The position numbers were made by a program, and so were the translations under genes. From assembly GCA_023300575.1 (NCBI GenBank), contig JALZUT010000081.1:1-54341 (forward strand): a DNA stretch of 54,341 bases. The letters are read 5' to 3'. Shown here one piece after another: positions 40,834 to 50,062 of this stretch. Under the pieces are notes generated by a model. That model had not been told where the DNA came from. It did no database searches and saw only the letters and a list, made by a program, of their open reading frames with translations. The DNA comes from Olleya sp. (GTDB lineage Bacteria > Bacteroidota > Bacteroidia > Flavobacteriales > Flavobacteriaceae). How positions within the stretch are numbered: position 1 is the stretch's first letter; the number at the start of each line of letters is the position of its first letter.

Positions 40834-40891
40834 GATGCAATTACAATTAATTGCATACAAATTTAGAACTTTTTTCTATAAAAAGTGCTGT

Positions 40892-41389
40892 TTATTTAGT
40901 TTTCTTAGGAAGTAATAATTGTTTCAGAATTATAAACGCTGAAACTGAATAACTAAGCGTCATTAAAGTCCCTGAAATCATAACAATATATTTCATCCAA
41001 GTTATACCTTTCCAGAGTAAATACAAACCGCCAAAAGTAAAGATTACTGATAGAAAAGGTTCTACCATTAAAACTAGTTTTAATTTATAATTAAGCTGAG
41101 TCGTTGCTAAAATTAAACCTAGTAAAAAGAAAATTAAAGCCATAGATAATATGTGACTGTGCACAATATTAAGCATTTGTTTCTCGGATTTCTTAAACTT
41201 CATTTCGGTAGCTTGCTCATCATTCTCGTTACCTAAATATTGTTCTTCAATACCTTTTGGGTTTACAGAAGACGTATCATTTACAAATAATAACCCTGTA
41301 AAGAACCCTATACTTAACACCATAATAAAAGCGATTAGAAGTGCTTTTAGCTCTTTAGGAAATGTATAAATAAGTCCGTTTAATTGCAT
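40892..41389 (-). CDS. Four-TM membrane protein of unknown function with HxH motif
   Basis: Hydrophobic helices, VHSHILSM; ATG 41389 lies 1 bp after the upstream stop. Confidence 0.7.
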   Translation of the reverse strand: MQLNGLIYTFPKELKALLIAFIMVLSIGFFTGLLFVNDTSSVNPKGIEEQYLGNENDEQATEMKFKKSEKQMLNIVHSHILSMALIFFLLGLILATTQLNYKLKLVLMVEPFLSVIFTFGGLYLLWKGITWMKYIVMISGTLMTLSYSVSAFIILKQLLLPKKTK

Positions 41390-41390
41390 A

Positions 41391-41912
41391 TTATAAGATT
41401 CCTTTTTCATTTAAAACCTTTAAAGAAGCCAGTAAGTCATTCATTGCGTTAGTCATAGAACGCACAGAGATTGTAGCACCCGAAATAGCTATAATATTAT
41501 CACCATGCTGCAATTGATCGTTTTGGGTTTTACCAACAAACTGTTTTAACCAGCGTTTACTACCAATCTCTCCTCCATATTCTTCTCTGTAAATTAAAAC
41601 TTTGGTTTTTTTTACGATTAAATCGGAATCTAATAGCACTAAATAATCAAATTTTGCGGTTTTACTTGGCGCTTTTGCTATATAAGCATAACCTAAAAGT
41701 ATGTTGTTATTTTCAATTTTGAAAAAATTATCGGTTCCAAAAGCCGAAGGTAATTTACTTGAAATAGTTTCAGAAATAGTAAAGGCATTAAATGAAAAAG
41801 CCTCAACATCATACGTTTCTTTAATTTGCTTATCTACTTTTTTCTGAATCTTTGATGGAAGACCAAAAGCCAATAATGTTAACGCTAATAGTAATATCGA
41901 AATTTGTTTCAT
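41391..41912 (-). CDS. Exported FMN-binding (flavinylation-motif) protein
   Basis: Signal peptide, YREEYGGEI, WLKQF, ISGATIS as in RnfG/NqrC-type FMN_bind domains. Confidence 0.85.
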   Translation of the reverse strand: MKQISILLLALTLLAFGLPSKIQKKVDKQIKETYDVEAFSFNAFTISETISSKLPSAFGTDNFFKIENNNILLGYAYIAKAPSKTAKFDYLVLLDSDLIVKKTKVLIYREEYGGEIGSKRWLKQFVGKTQNDQLQHGDNIIAISGATISVRSMTNAMNDLLASLKVLNEKGIL

Positions 41913-42005
41913 TTTGTAAAAGTATATTATTTATAAATCATTCTAAACAAAGATTGAACTCAATTTTAAAGATTCTCTTATTTGTTTAGCATGACAACTA
42001 TAGTT

Positions 42006-43184
42006 TTAGAACCAAACACCAATACCAAAGTTTAGTCTATTTTTAACGTCGCTATCTTCTAGCTTATTACTTCTAAACTGGTAATCTCCTTTTAACACTA
42101 CACCTGGAGCAATGTGGTAGCTTAATCCTGATGTTACATCTGTTCTGTTATAAGCATCGTTTCTTACTAATGCACCATCTGTTTTTGCATGCGTATCATA
42201 ATTTTCATAACGTGTAAACGCAAATAAACGTTGTCTCTTATTTAGTGGTAATAGGTTATATGATAATTCTGCATAATACCCCATTAAAGCACTTCCTAAA
42301 TCTCCATCAACAAGCGTATTATATTCTTCTGTATCACTTAGAGACGCATGAATAAATTGTCCTCTAGCAGCAAAACGACGGTAAGCATATCTTGCATCTA
42401 ATCCTATCATAGATATACCAATGTTTGTGCCATCTATTTCTTCTATATCATCTGCTGCTTGAGTTTGGCCAAAATAACCTGATAAACCTAATCTTAATCC
42501 AGGTATTCCGTAATACTCTAATTTTGTAGATAATGTTGGACTATCTACTGTGGATTGAATTGCTTTTTGACGACCACCTCTTAAACCATTACTTCCTTTT
42601 AAGAAGCCTGTTATTTCTCCTTCATCGTTTACTGTAGACTTAAATCCGTTAAAAATATAAGCTTGATAAGATAATGATTGTTCTGGTAAACGCCCAGTTA
42701 CACCAACTCCAATTTCTCTCCAAGTGGTTGGTACAATAGCATTATCTACCGAAGGACGCTCTACACCATTATAGGTAGTTGGTTCATGGTATTCGTTTAT
42801 AATTCCCATTGGGACTAACATTAAACCACCACGTAGACTTACATTATCTCCAACTGAATAGTTAATAAAAGCTTGTTCCACAAATATCTCTGTGGTATGC
42901 TCTAATTCTAATTCTGTTACAAACTGAGTTCTATCATCAAAACGGTAACCAAATAATAAAACTAAACGTTGCACATCTAATTCTCCATTATCGCCTTCTG
43001 GTTGATTATAAGTAGTTTCTCCATAAGCTCCAACCGTTATTGCTTGTCCATAATTACCAGAAAGTAAACGTTGTGCTGCATTTAATTGTTGTTGTGGATT
43101 AAAAGTAATACTGTCTTGTGGTGTTGTTTGTGCAAAAGACAGTACACTTAATAAAAGGACTAATGTAAAGACTAATTTATTCAT
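42006..43184 (-). CDS. Outer-membrane porin-like beta-barrel
   Basis: Signal peptide from ATG 43184; ELELEH, EQAF, NEYHEPT, PTTWRE; C-terminal GIGVWF beta-signal. Confidence 0.8.
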   Translation of the reverse strand: MNKLVFTLVLLLSVLSFAQTTPQDSITFNPQQQLNAAQRLLSGNYGQAITVGAYGETTYNQPEGDNGELDVQRLVLLFGYRFDDRTQFVTELELEHTTEIFVEQAFINYSVGDNVSLRGGLMLVPMGIINEYHEPTTYNGVERPSVDNAIVPTTWREIGVGVTGRLPEQSLSYQAYIFNGFKSTVNDEGEITGFLKGSNGLRGGRQKAIQSTVDSPTLSTKLEYYGIPGLRLGLSGYFGQTQAADDIEEIDGTNIGISMIGLDARYAYRRFAARGQFIHASLSDTEEYNTLVDGDLGSALMGYYAELSYNLLPLNKRQRLFAFTRYENYDTHAKTDGALVRNDAYNRTDVTSGLSYHIAPGVVLKGDYQFRSNKLEDSDVKNRLNFGIGVWF

Positions 43185-43200
43185 GTTAAATTGTTTATTT

Positions 43201-43296
43201 TTATTAAGACTAATTATAAATAGCTTGTTATTTTCGAGTGCAAAAATAAAACTGAGAACTAGTTTATACAAGTTTATTTAGAACTATTTTAAATAA
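43201..43296 (-). promoter_or_regulatory. Promoter flanked by two Fur-box-like palindromes
   Basis: Minus strand TTG (43271-43269), 20 nt spacer, TATTTTTG (43248-43241); palindromes TTATTTAGAA-CTA-TTTTAAATAA (43274-43296) and TTATTAAGAC-TAA-TTATAAATAG (43201-43223). Confidence 0.65.
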
Positions 43297-43373
43297 AAAT
43301 CAAAAAAAAAAATTAACTACTTGTTTAACAGGAAAATAGATTAAAAAATTAACGTTTAAAAAACATTGATAAT

Positions 43374-44237
43374 TTAATGATAGGCATTAAAAATTTTAGA
43401 GGCTTCGTTATAAGCGCTTTCAAAAGACATCGCATTAAGATTAGATGCTTTTTTTGTTGTTAAGTAAGAGAGCACTTTTTCTGTTGGCATATTACCTGTT
43501 AATTCGTCTTTAGCCATTGGGCAACCTCCAAAACCTTGGATTGCACCATCAAATCGTCTACAACCAGCTAAGTAAGCTGCATTTACTTTTTCAAACCAAG
43601 AATCTGGTGTGGTATGAAGATGTGCACCAAACTCTATAGTATTATAATGCGAAATTAAATTAGAGAACAGATACTCAATATTTTCAGGATTAGAGGTACC
43701 AACAGTATCGCTAAGTGAGAGTATTTTTACTCCCATTTTACTTAAGCGTTCTGTCCACTCTCCAACTATATCAACATTCCAAGGATCTCCATAAGGATTA
43801 CCAAATCCCATAGAAATATAAACCACAACTTGTTTGTTTACAGCATCTGCTTTGTTTAAAATCTCTTGTAATGTCACTACAGATTGTGCAATGGTTTTAT
43901 GTGTGTTACGCATCTGAAAATTCTCCGAAATTGAAAACGGGTATCCTAAATAATCTATTTCTGGATATTTACAAGCATCCTCTGCACCTCGTGTATTGGC
44001 AATAATTGCTAACAATTTACTTGTTGTTTTAGATAAGTCTAACTGTGCTAAAACTTTTGCAGTATCTACCATTTGCGGTATTGCTTTTGGTGACACAAAA
44101 CTACCAAAATCAATTGTATCAAAACCAACACGTAACAAGGACTGAATGTATTGTACCTTCTTCTCAGTTGGTATAAACTGTTTTATGCCTTGCATGGCAT
44201 CTCGTGGACATTCTATAACTTTGACTTGGTTTGACAT
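43374..44237 (-). CDS. Hydroxymethylglutaryl-CoA lyase
   Basis: ECPRDAMQ, SFVSPKAIPQM, HLH, GGCPMA, GNMPTE. Confidence 0.92.
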   Translation of the reverse strand: MSNQVKVIECPRDAMQGIKQFIPTEKKVQYIQSLLRVGFDTIDFGSFVSPKAIPQMVDTAKVLAQLDLSKTTSKLLAIIANTRGAEDACKYPEIDYLGYPFSISENFQMRNTHKTIAQSVVTLQEILNKADAVNKQVVVYISMGFGNPYGDPWNVDIVGEWTERLSKMGVKILSLSDTVGTSNPENIEYLFSNLISHYNTIEFGAHLHTTPDSWFEKVNAAYLAGCRRFDGAIQGFGGCPMAKDELTGNMPTEKVLSYLTTKKASNLNAMSFESAYNEASKIFNAYH

Positions 44238-44268
44238 TTATGATTTTTAAATCTTGTATAAAAGTAGG

Positions 44269-44895
44269 TTATTTTTCTGAAAATAAAATAAAAATAGCAA
44301 TACCAACAAACACAACTATCTGTAACCACTTTAAAACCAATCCAATATTCTTACTTCTTTTTAAATAATTCGAAATAAAACCTGCTAAAATCGCGATTCC
44401 AGTAAATATGATAAATGAAGTTGTCATAAATAACAAACCCAAAATGTAAAACTGTGTGACAATACTTAGGGTTTGACTAAATAAATAAGCTGGAAAAAAA
44501 GCTAAAAAAAAGAGAGAGACTTTAGGATTAAGCACATTCATAATCACACCTTGCTTAAACAATTGCCATCCACTTTTTTTAGGCACTACATCATTACTTA
44601 AGCTAACTTCAGTATTGCTTTTAAATACTTTATAAGCCAAGTATAATAAATATAAAGCACCAAATAATTTAATGTTAAAAAACAGCGTGTCATTTTCTTT
44701 AATAATGGCAGATACACCAAAAGCAACTAAAGTTGTATGCACTAAACAACCCGAAATTAAACCACAAACGGTTGCAATACCATATTTGCGACCATTAGTA
44801 ATACTTTGCATTAACACATAAATATTGTCTGGTCCTGGCGAAATTGCTAAAGCAGAAGTCGCAACTACAAACAATAAAAGCGTGTCGTATTGCAT
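44269..44895 (-). CDS. LysE/RhtB family exporter
   Basis: SPGPDN, GALYLLYL, NVLNPK. Confidence 0.92.
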   Translation of the reverse strand: MQYDTLLLFVVATSALAISPGPDNIYVLMQSITNGRKYGIATVCGLISGCLVHTTLVAFGVSAIIKENDTLFFNIKLFGALYLLYLAYKVFKSNTEVSLSNDVVPKKSGWQLFKQGVIMNVLNPKVSLFFLAFFPAYLFSQTLSIVTQFYILGLLFMTTSFIIFTGIAILAGFISNYLKRSKNIGLVLKWLQIVVFVGIAIFILFSEK

Positions 44896-45929
44896 CAGGT
44901 TTTATTTAAAATAGCTTTGTTTATTTTTTTGATAAGTGAAGGTCCTTCATATATAAAACCTGTATAAATCTGTACCAAATCTGCTCCTGCCTCTAGTTTT
45001 TCAAGTGCATCTTCTGCAGTATGGACACCTCCTACTCCAATAATAGGAAAGGCTTTATTGCTTTTATCGGCTAAATATTTAATGACTTTGGTAGATTTTG
45101 TTTTAACGGGTTGACCACTTAAACCACCATTTCCGATTTGGGTTAATCTAGCTTCAGACGCTTTTAAATTAGTTCTATCTGTAGACGTATTACTAGCTAT
45201 AACACCATCTAAATTAGTTTCGGCAATTAGCGCTATGATTTCATCTAATTGCATGTCATTTAAATCTGGTGCAATTTTAAGTAAAATTGGCTTTTGTTGT
45301 TCAAAGGTTGTGTTGGCTTGTTGTACAGCACCAATTAACTCTAATAAATAGTCTTTATCATTTAGTTTTGCATGACTGCCGACGTTTGGACAACTTACAT
45401 TTAGCACAAAATAATCAACGTAAGGATGTAAGGCATTAAAGCACATTAGGTAATCTTTGGTATAATCTTGTGGTTTAGTTTGTGTGTTTTTACCTATATT
45501 TCCACCAATTATTAGCTTCCCTTTATTTTTTTTAAGCTGGCCAATTGCTGCTTCTAAACCTTCGTTATTAAAACCCATTCTGTTAATAATCCCTTGGTCG
45601 GCTTTTAGTCTAAACAAACGTTGCTTTGGGTTACCTTCTTGTCCTTTTGGTGTAACAGTACCTATTTCAATAAAACCAAAACCAAAGTTGGCCAACTCAT
45701 TATATAATAATGCATTTTTATCAAAACCGGCAGCCAAACCTACTGGGTTTTTAAAGGTTAAACCAAAAAGATTTCGTGCTAACTTTTGGTCTTCAATAGT
45801 ATATAAACTTCTAAAAATCGAAGTCATTACTGGAATTTTAGAAACCCCTTTTATAAGTGAAAAAGTAAAATAGTGAATCTTCTCTGGATCGAAAAGAAAA
45901 AATAAAGGTCTAAGTAGTAATTTGTACAT
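44895..45929 (-). CDS. pyrD: Quinone-dependent dihydroorotate dehydrogenase
   Basis: [36 protein letters not shown]. Confidence 0.96.
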   Translation of the reverse strand: MYKLLLRPLFFLFDPEKIHYFTFSLIKGVSKIPVMTSIFRSLYTIEDQKLARNLFGLTFKNPVGLAAGFDKNALLYNELANFGFGFIEIGTVTPKGQEGNPKQRLFRLKADQGIINRMGFNNEGLEAAIGQLKKNKGKLIIGGNIGKNTQTKPQDYTKDYLMCFNALHPYVDYFVLNVSCPNVGSHAKLNDKDYLLELIGAVQQANTTFEQQKPILLKIAPDLNDMQLDEIIALIAETNLDGVIASNTSTDRTNLKASEARLTQIGNGGLSGQPVKTKSTKVIKYLADKSNKAFPIIGVGGVHTAEDALEKLEAGADLVQIYTGFIYEGPSLIKKINKAILNKT

Positions 45930-46061
45930 CTATCAATGTTTACACAAAAGTACTTCGAAAAAATGTGATTTACAATTTATATAAAGCATAGATATTGTAT
46001 TTTTATACTTTAAAAAAGTAAGCTAATAATTAAAAGACTCCCATTTTCATGGGAAATGCAT

Positions 46062-47300
46062 ATGATTTCAAAACAAGATATAATAAAACGTTTTATAAGT
46101 TACGTAACAGTTGATACTGAATCTGATCCAAATAGCGATACTACACCAAGTACAGCAAAACAATGGGATTTAGCCAATGCATTGGTGGACGAACTTAAAT
46201 CCATTGGAATGCAAGATGTTAACATTGATAAACATGCTTACATTATGGCTACTTTGCCAAGTAATGTAGATCATGACGTGCCAGTTATTGGATTTATTTC
46301 ACATTTTGATACGACTCCAGATTTTACTGGAGCCAATATAAAACCACAAATAATCGACAATTATGACGGAAAAGACATTATTTTAAATGCAACCGAAAAC
46401 ATTATCTTATCTCCTGATTATTTTGAAGATTTATTACAGTATAAAGGACAAACTATAATTACTACAGACGGAACAACGCTTTTAGGAGCAGACGATAAAG
46501 CTGGTATTACAGAGATTATCTCTGCTATGGAACACCTAATTGCTAATCCGCAAATCAAACACGGAACTATTAAAGTTGGGTTTACTCCAGATGAAGAAAT
46601 TGGTCGTGGTGCACACAAATTTGATGTTAAAAAATTTGGTGCAGATTGGGCTTATACCATGGATGGTAGTCAAATTGGAGAACTGGAATACGAAAATTTT
46701 AATGCTGCAGGAGCTGTTGTAAAAGTAAAAGGTAAAATTGTACATCCTGGTTATGCAAAAGGTAAAATGGTAAACTCCATGTACATTGCAACCGAATTCA
46801 TAAACTCGTTACCAAGGATGGAAACACCAGAACATACAGAAGGTTATCAAGGTTTTTTTCATTTATATTCTATAAAAGGGGAAGTTGACGAAACGGTTTT
46901 AGAGTACATTATCAGAGATCATGATAAAGGGCATTTTGAAGCTAGAAAAGAAATGATGCAAAAATTAACCGATGAGTTAAATAGCCAATACGAACGTGAA
47001 GTAATCACTATATCTATTAAAGATCAATATTTTAATATGAAAGAAAAGGTTGAGCCAGTTATGCATATTGTGGACATCGCTGAAGAAGCCATGAAACAAT
47101 TAGGTATTAAACCTCTAATTAAAGCCATTCGTGGAGGAACAGATGGCTCACAACTAAGTTATATGGGTTTACCTTGTCCAAACATATTTGCTGGAGGACA
47201 TAATTTTCATGGACGTTATGAGTATGTTCCGGTAGAAAGTATGATTAGAGCAACTGAAGTGATTTGTAAAATTGCTGAGATTACTGCTTTAAAAAAGTAA
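46062..47300 (+). CDS. pepT: Peptidase T
   Basis: HFDT, LLGADDKAG, TPDEEIG, IRGGTDG, HNFHG; start 46056 or 46062. Confidence 0.95.
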   Translation: MISKQDIIKRFISYVTVDTESDPNSDTTPSTAKQWDLANALVDELKSIGMQDVNIDKHAYIMATLPSNVDHDVPVIGFISHFDTTPDFTGANIKPQIIDNYDGKDIILNATENIILSPDYFEDLLQYKGQTIITTDGTTLLGADDKAGITEIISAMEHLIANPQIKHGTIKVGFTPDEEIGRGAHKFDVKKFGADWAYTMDGSQIGELEYENFNAAGAVVKVKGKIVHPGYAKGKMVNSMYIATEFINSLPRMETPEHTEGYQGFFHLYSIKGEVDETVLEYIIRDHDKGHFEARKEMMQKLTDELNSQYEREVITISIKDQYFNMKEKVEPVMHIVDIAEEAMKQLGIKPLIKAIRGGTDGSQLSYMGLPCPNIFAGGHNFHGRYEYVPVESMIRATEVICKIAEITALKK

Positions 47301-47523
47301 TATTACTTTAGACAACCCTAATAATGTATATATTTAGAGGTTACTAAAAAGGTAAAACTTGGACAAAATATTTAATGGTTATAGTAAACACGACTAAAAA
47401 AAATACAGTTAACGTTAATTAGCTAAAAAGTTTTAAAATAAATATCTATAAATAGTTTTTGTGAGGAATTAAAAAATTAAATTTGCGAAACAGAAAAGGC
47501 ACTAACCCATTTAATCTTTACTC

Positions 47524-47892
47524 TTGGAAAATAAAAAAGCAATTACATTAATAGACAAAATTCTGAAAAACCTAAATAAAACAGGTATAAATACAGATGT
47601 ATTAATTGATGACATTAAAGAATTAAGGTCTTATGTGCTAGAGGCAGAAATACCTTTAGCAGTAAAAGTCCTACGTTATACTTATGAACATATTGAAGCT
47701 AACGATTCTTTTTTAATTGCAATTCCAGAGGACAGTCCAATAGACGAAGAAACTGAAATTACTGAAACAGAAGCTAATATCACAGATCCTGTTGAAAGTC
47801 TTATTTATTTAATTTCGTTAATTAGAAACCTAGACAACAGTATGAATATTTTAGATTTACAATATTATAAGAAAGCATTAATGGAACATTAG
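47524..47892 (+). CDS. Hypothetical protein
   Basis: 122 aa ORF, TTG start, TAAATTTG promoter element just upstream, terminator downstream. Confidence 0.7.
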   Translation: MENKKAITLIDKILKNLNKTGINTDVLIDDIKELRSYVLEAEIPLAVKVLRYTYEHIEANDSFLIAIPEDSPIDEETEITETEANITDPVESLIYLISLIRNLDNSMNILDLQYYKKALMEH

Positions 47893-47905
47893 AAATCTAT
47901 TATTT

Positions 47906-47957
47906 TTTAAAAATCAAAAAAGCCAAAACAAATGTTTTGGCTTTTTTGATTTTTAAA
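47906..47957 (+). terminator. Long perfect hairpin terminator
   Basis: 25-bp perfect inverted repeat with 2 nt spacer. Confidence 0.85.
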
Positions 47958-48041
47958 CTTCTTTTAATACCAATTACAACTTATATAATTAATATTAAAA
48001 TGTTTTCATATCACCTAAGTTAAAAAAGACTGCCAGAACTA

Positions 48042-48076
48042 AAAAAGCTTCAAAAGAATATCTTTTGAAGCTTTTT
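48042..48076 (-). terminator. Terminator after yajC
   Basis: AAAAAGCTTCAAAAGA-ATA-TCTTTTGAAGCTTTTT. Confidence 0.88.
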
Positions 48077-48093
48077 AAAATATATTTAGCGGT

Positions 48094-48384
48094 TTACTTT
48101 TTTACTTGTAAAGGCACATTTAACGATTTGCTCATTTCCATAGAAATTGCAGAACGATCAAATTTTAATTTACCAGCCATCGTTTCTATAATACAACTGT
48201 TGTCTTTATTGTTTAACTCTGCAATTTTACCATGCATACCGCTTTTAGTAATGACTTTATCACCTCTTTTTAGCTCTGATGCAAAACGCTTTTCTAATTT
48301 AGAACGTTTCATCTGTGGTGCAATCATAAAAAAGTACACTACAGCAAACATACCCAATATGGGTAAAATATCCATTAAATTCAT
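48094..48384 (-). CDS. yajC: Preprotein translocase subunit YajC
   Basis: YFFMIAPQ, LKRGDKVITKSGMHG. Confidence 0.95.
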   Translation of the reverse strand: MNLMDILPILGMFAVVYFFMIAPQMKRSKLEKRFASELKRGDKVITKSGMHGKIAELNNKDNSCIIETMAGKLKFDRSAISMEMSKSLNVPLQVKK

Positions 48385-48385
48385 A

Positions 48386-48886
48386 TTACTTCGTAACTGG
48401 TCCTAAGTTTCTACTAGCTGCAGCATTTACAGGTGCATTAGGGTCTGGCTTAACAAAAGCAGATATCTTAACTGTTTCTGAACCTGTTTTAGTATTTGCA
48501 GTTATTGTTACAACTTTAGATATTTTGTTAGCACCTTTACCGTTAAACTTAACTGTAAACTTATCTGATGCACCAGGTGCTAAAGCTTCTTTAGACCAAT
48601 CCTGAGGTATTGTACATCCACAAGAACTCTTAATATTTGTAATAACTAATGGCGCTTTTCCAGTGTTTGTGTAACTAAATACAGTTTCTTGAGGTGTTCC
48701 AGAAATGATTTCTCCGAAGTCAAACTCTTTTTTATCAAACGTGATTGTAGGAAAATCACTAGATGTAGCATCTCTTTCTGCTGCTGCTACTACGTTGTTA
48801 GCATCTATTTTTTCTGCTGCATCTTCTTTACAAGATGTAAATCCTACTAAGCATATCGCACTTAGAATAACAATTACTTTTTTCAT
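48386..48886 (-). CDS. DUF1573 domain lipoprotein
   Basis: Lipobox FTSC; FDFG, NTGKAPL, SSCGCT. Confidence 0.88.
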   Translation of the reverse strand: MKKVIVILSAICLVGFTSCKEDAAEKIDANNVVAAAERDATSSDFPTITFDKKEFDFGEIISGTPQETVFSYTNTGKAPLVITNIKSSCGCTIPQDWSKEALAPGASDKFTVKFNGKGANKISKVVTITANTKTGSETVKISAFVKPDPNAPVNAAASRNLGPVTK

Positions 48887-48983
48887 AATTTTAAATTTTT
48901 AATTTTTAAAGATTCTTAGAAGCATATTTACTAGGCTTCTATATTATAATTTATTCGATTGTAAAAATAATAATATTTTTTAA

Positions 48984-49928
48984 CTACATCAATCCTCGAC
49001 CAAGTTTATTTAATTTACCTGCTTCTTGGTATTCTTTTAATATTTTATCTAAAATACCATTAATAAAAAAACTACTCTTTGGTGTCGAGTATTCTTTAGC
49101 AATTTCTAAATACTCATTTATGGTTACTTTAGTTGGGATTGAAGGAAAGTTTTTAAGTTCGCAAATTGCCATTTTAAGTAATACCATATCTAAACTTGCA
49201 ACTCTATCTGTATCCCAATTATTGGTTTTGGCTGCTACTTCTTCTTTTAAAGCTGATTGGTTTAATAAGGTCTTTTTAAATAAATCTATTGCGTATTTTT
49301 TATCATCTAGATCCTTATACAACTTAGGTAATAAAAGGTGTTGATTTGTATCTTTTTTTATCTTACGTAATAGCTTAACAATAGAGGTGTTTACTGATGG
49401 TAAGTCATCTAACCAAGTTAAGTTTTTATCTTCTAAATAGTCATAAAGCTTATCATTAGGCGCTATAATTTCTTTAAAAATCTCAACTAAAAAGTCCGAA
49501 TCCTCCTTAAAAGTAAACGTTTGAGTACTCATATAGTCTTTATATAAATCGCTAGCAAGAATGTCTTTATAGATAATCTCTACATACTCATTATCTAATT
49601 GCCAATTGTTTATTTTATGATCCTCTAAAGCTGCTTTTAACGCGTCATTATTGGTAATAAATTGTAGCGCTTGATTATTGATAAACTTTTTATTGGGATT
49701 TTTTTCTTCTGGAGTTGCTAAATGCTTTTTTTGAATGGCTTTTAATTGGCTTTTTGCTTTTTTATCTACTTCAACCATTAAAGACATTAATAACAAGTAT
49801 AAATTATACATATTATCTATACTGTATAATAAAAACTTTTGATCTTTAGAAAAATCATCGCTTTCTGTACCATTAAATGCGTACAATACTTGCATTACTT
49901 TTACTCTGATATGTCTTCTACTTAGCAT
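48984..49928 (-). CDS. nusB: Transcription antitermination factor NusB (long Bacteroidota form)
   Basis: RRHIRVKVMQ, KVTINEYLEIAKEY, FINGILD. Confidence 0.93.
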   Translation of the reverse strand: MLSRRHIRVKVMQVLYAFNGTESDDFSKDQKFLLYSIDNMYNLYLLLMSLMVEVDKKAKSQLKAIQKKHLATPEEKNPNKKFINNQALQFITNNDALKAALEDHKINNWQLDNEYVEIIYKDILASDLYKDYMSTQTFTFKEDSDFLVEIFKEIIAPNDKLYDYLEDKNLTWLDDLPSVNTSIVKLLRKIKKDTNQHLLLPKLYKDLDDKKYAIDLFKKTLLNQSALKEEVAAKTNNWDTDRVASLDMVLLKMAICELKNFPSIPTKVTINEYLEIAKEYSTPKSSFFINGILDKILKEYQEAGKLNKLGRGLM

Positions 49929-49985
49929 CTTTACAAAGAACTTTTAATTTCAAATTAAATTGAAATATTTTATAAAATTAATATT

Positions 49986-50035
49986 AAAAAGGCGAAAACT
50001 GGACTTGGATTTGTTTAGCCATCAGTTTTCGCCTT
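49986..50035 (-). terminator. Hairpin after leucine dehydrogenase overlapping the predicted nusB transcription start
   Basis: AAGGCGAAAACTG...CAGTTTTCGCCTT 13-bp stem plus T5 on the minus strand; TACTTTTG promoter element at 50044-50037. Confidence 0.7.
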
Positions 50036-50062
50036 GCAAAAGTAGTATAATTTATACTAATC

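Noticed and set aside
47303-47355. Imperfect hairpin after pepT as an sRNA
   Set aside because: AT-rich with several mismatches; adequately explained as a weak terminator or 3' stabiliser.
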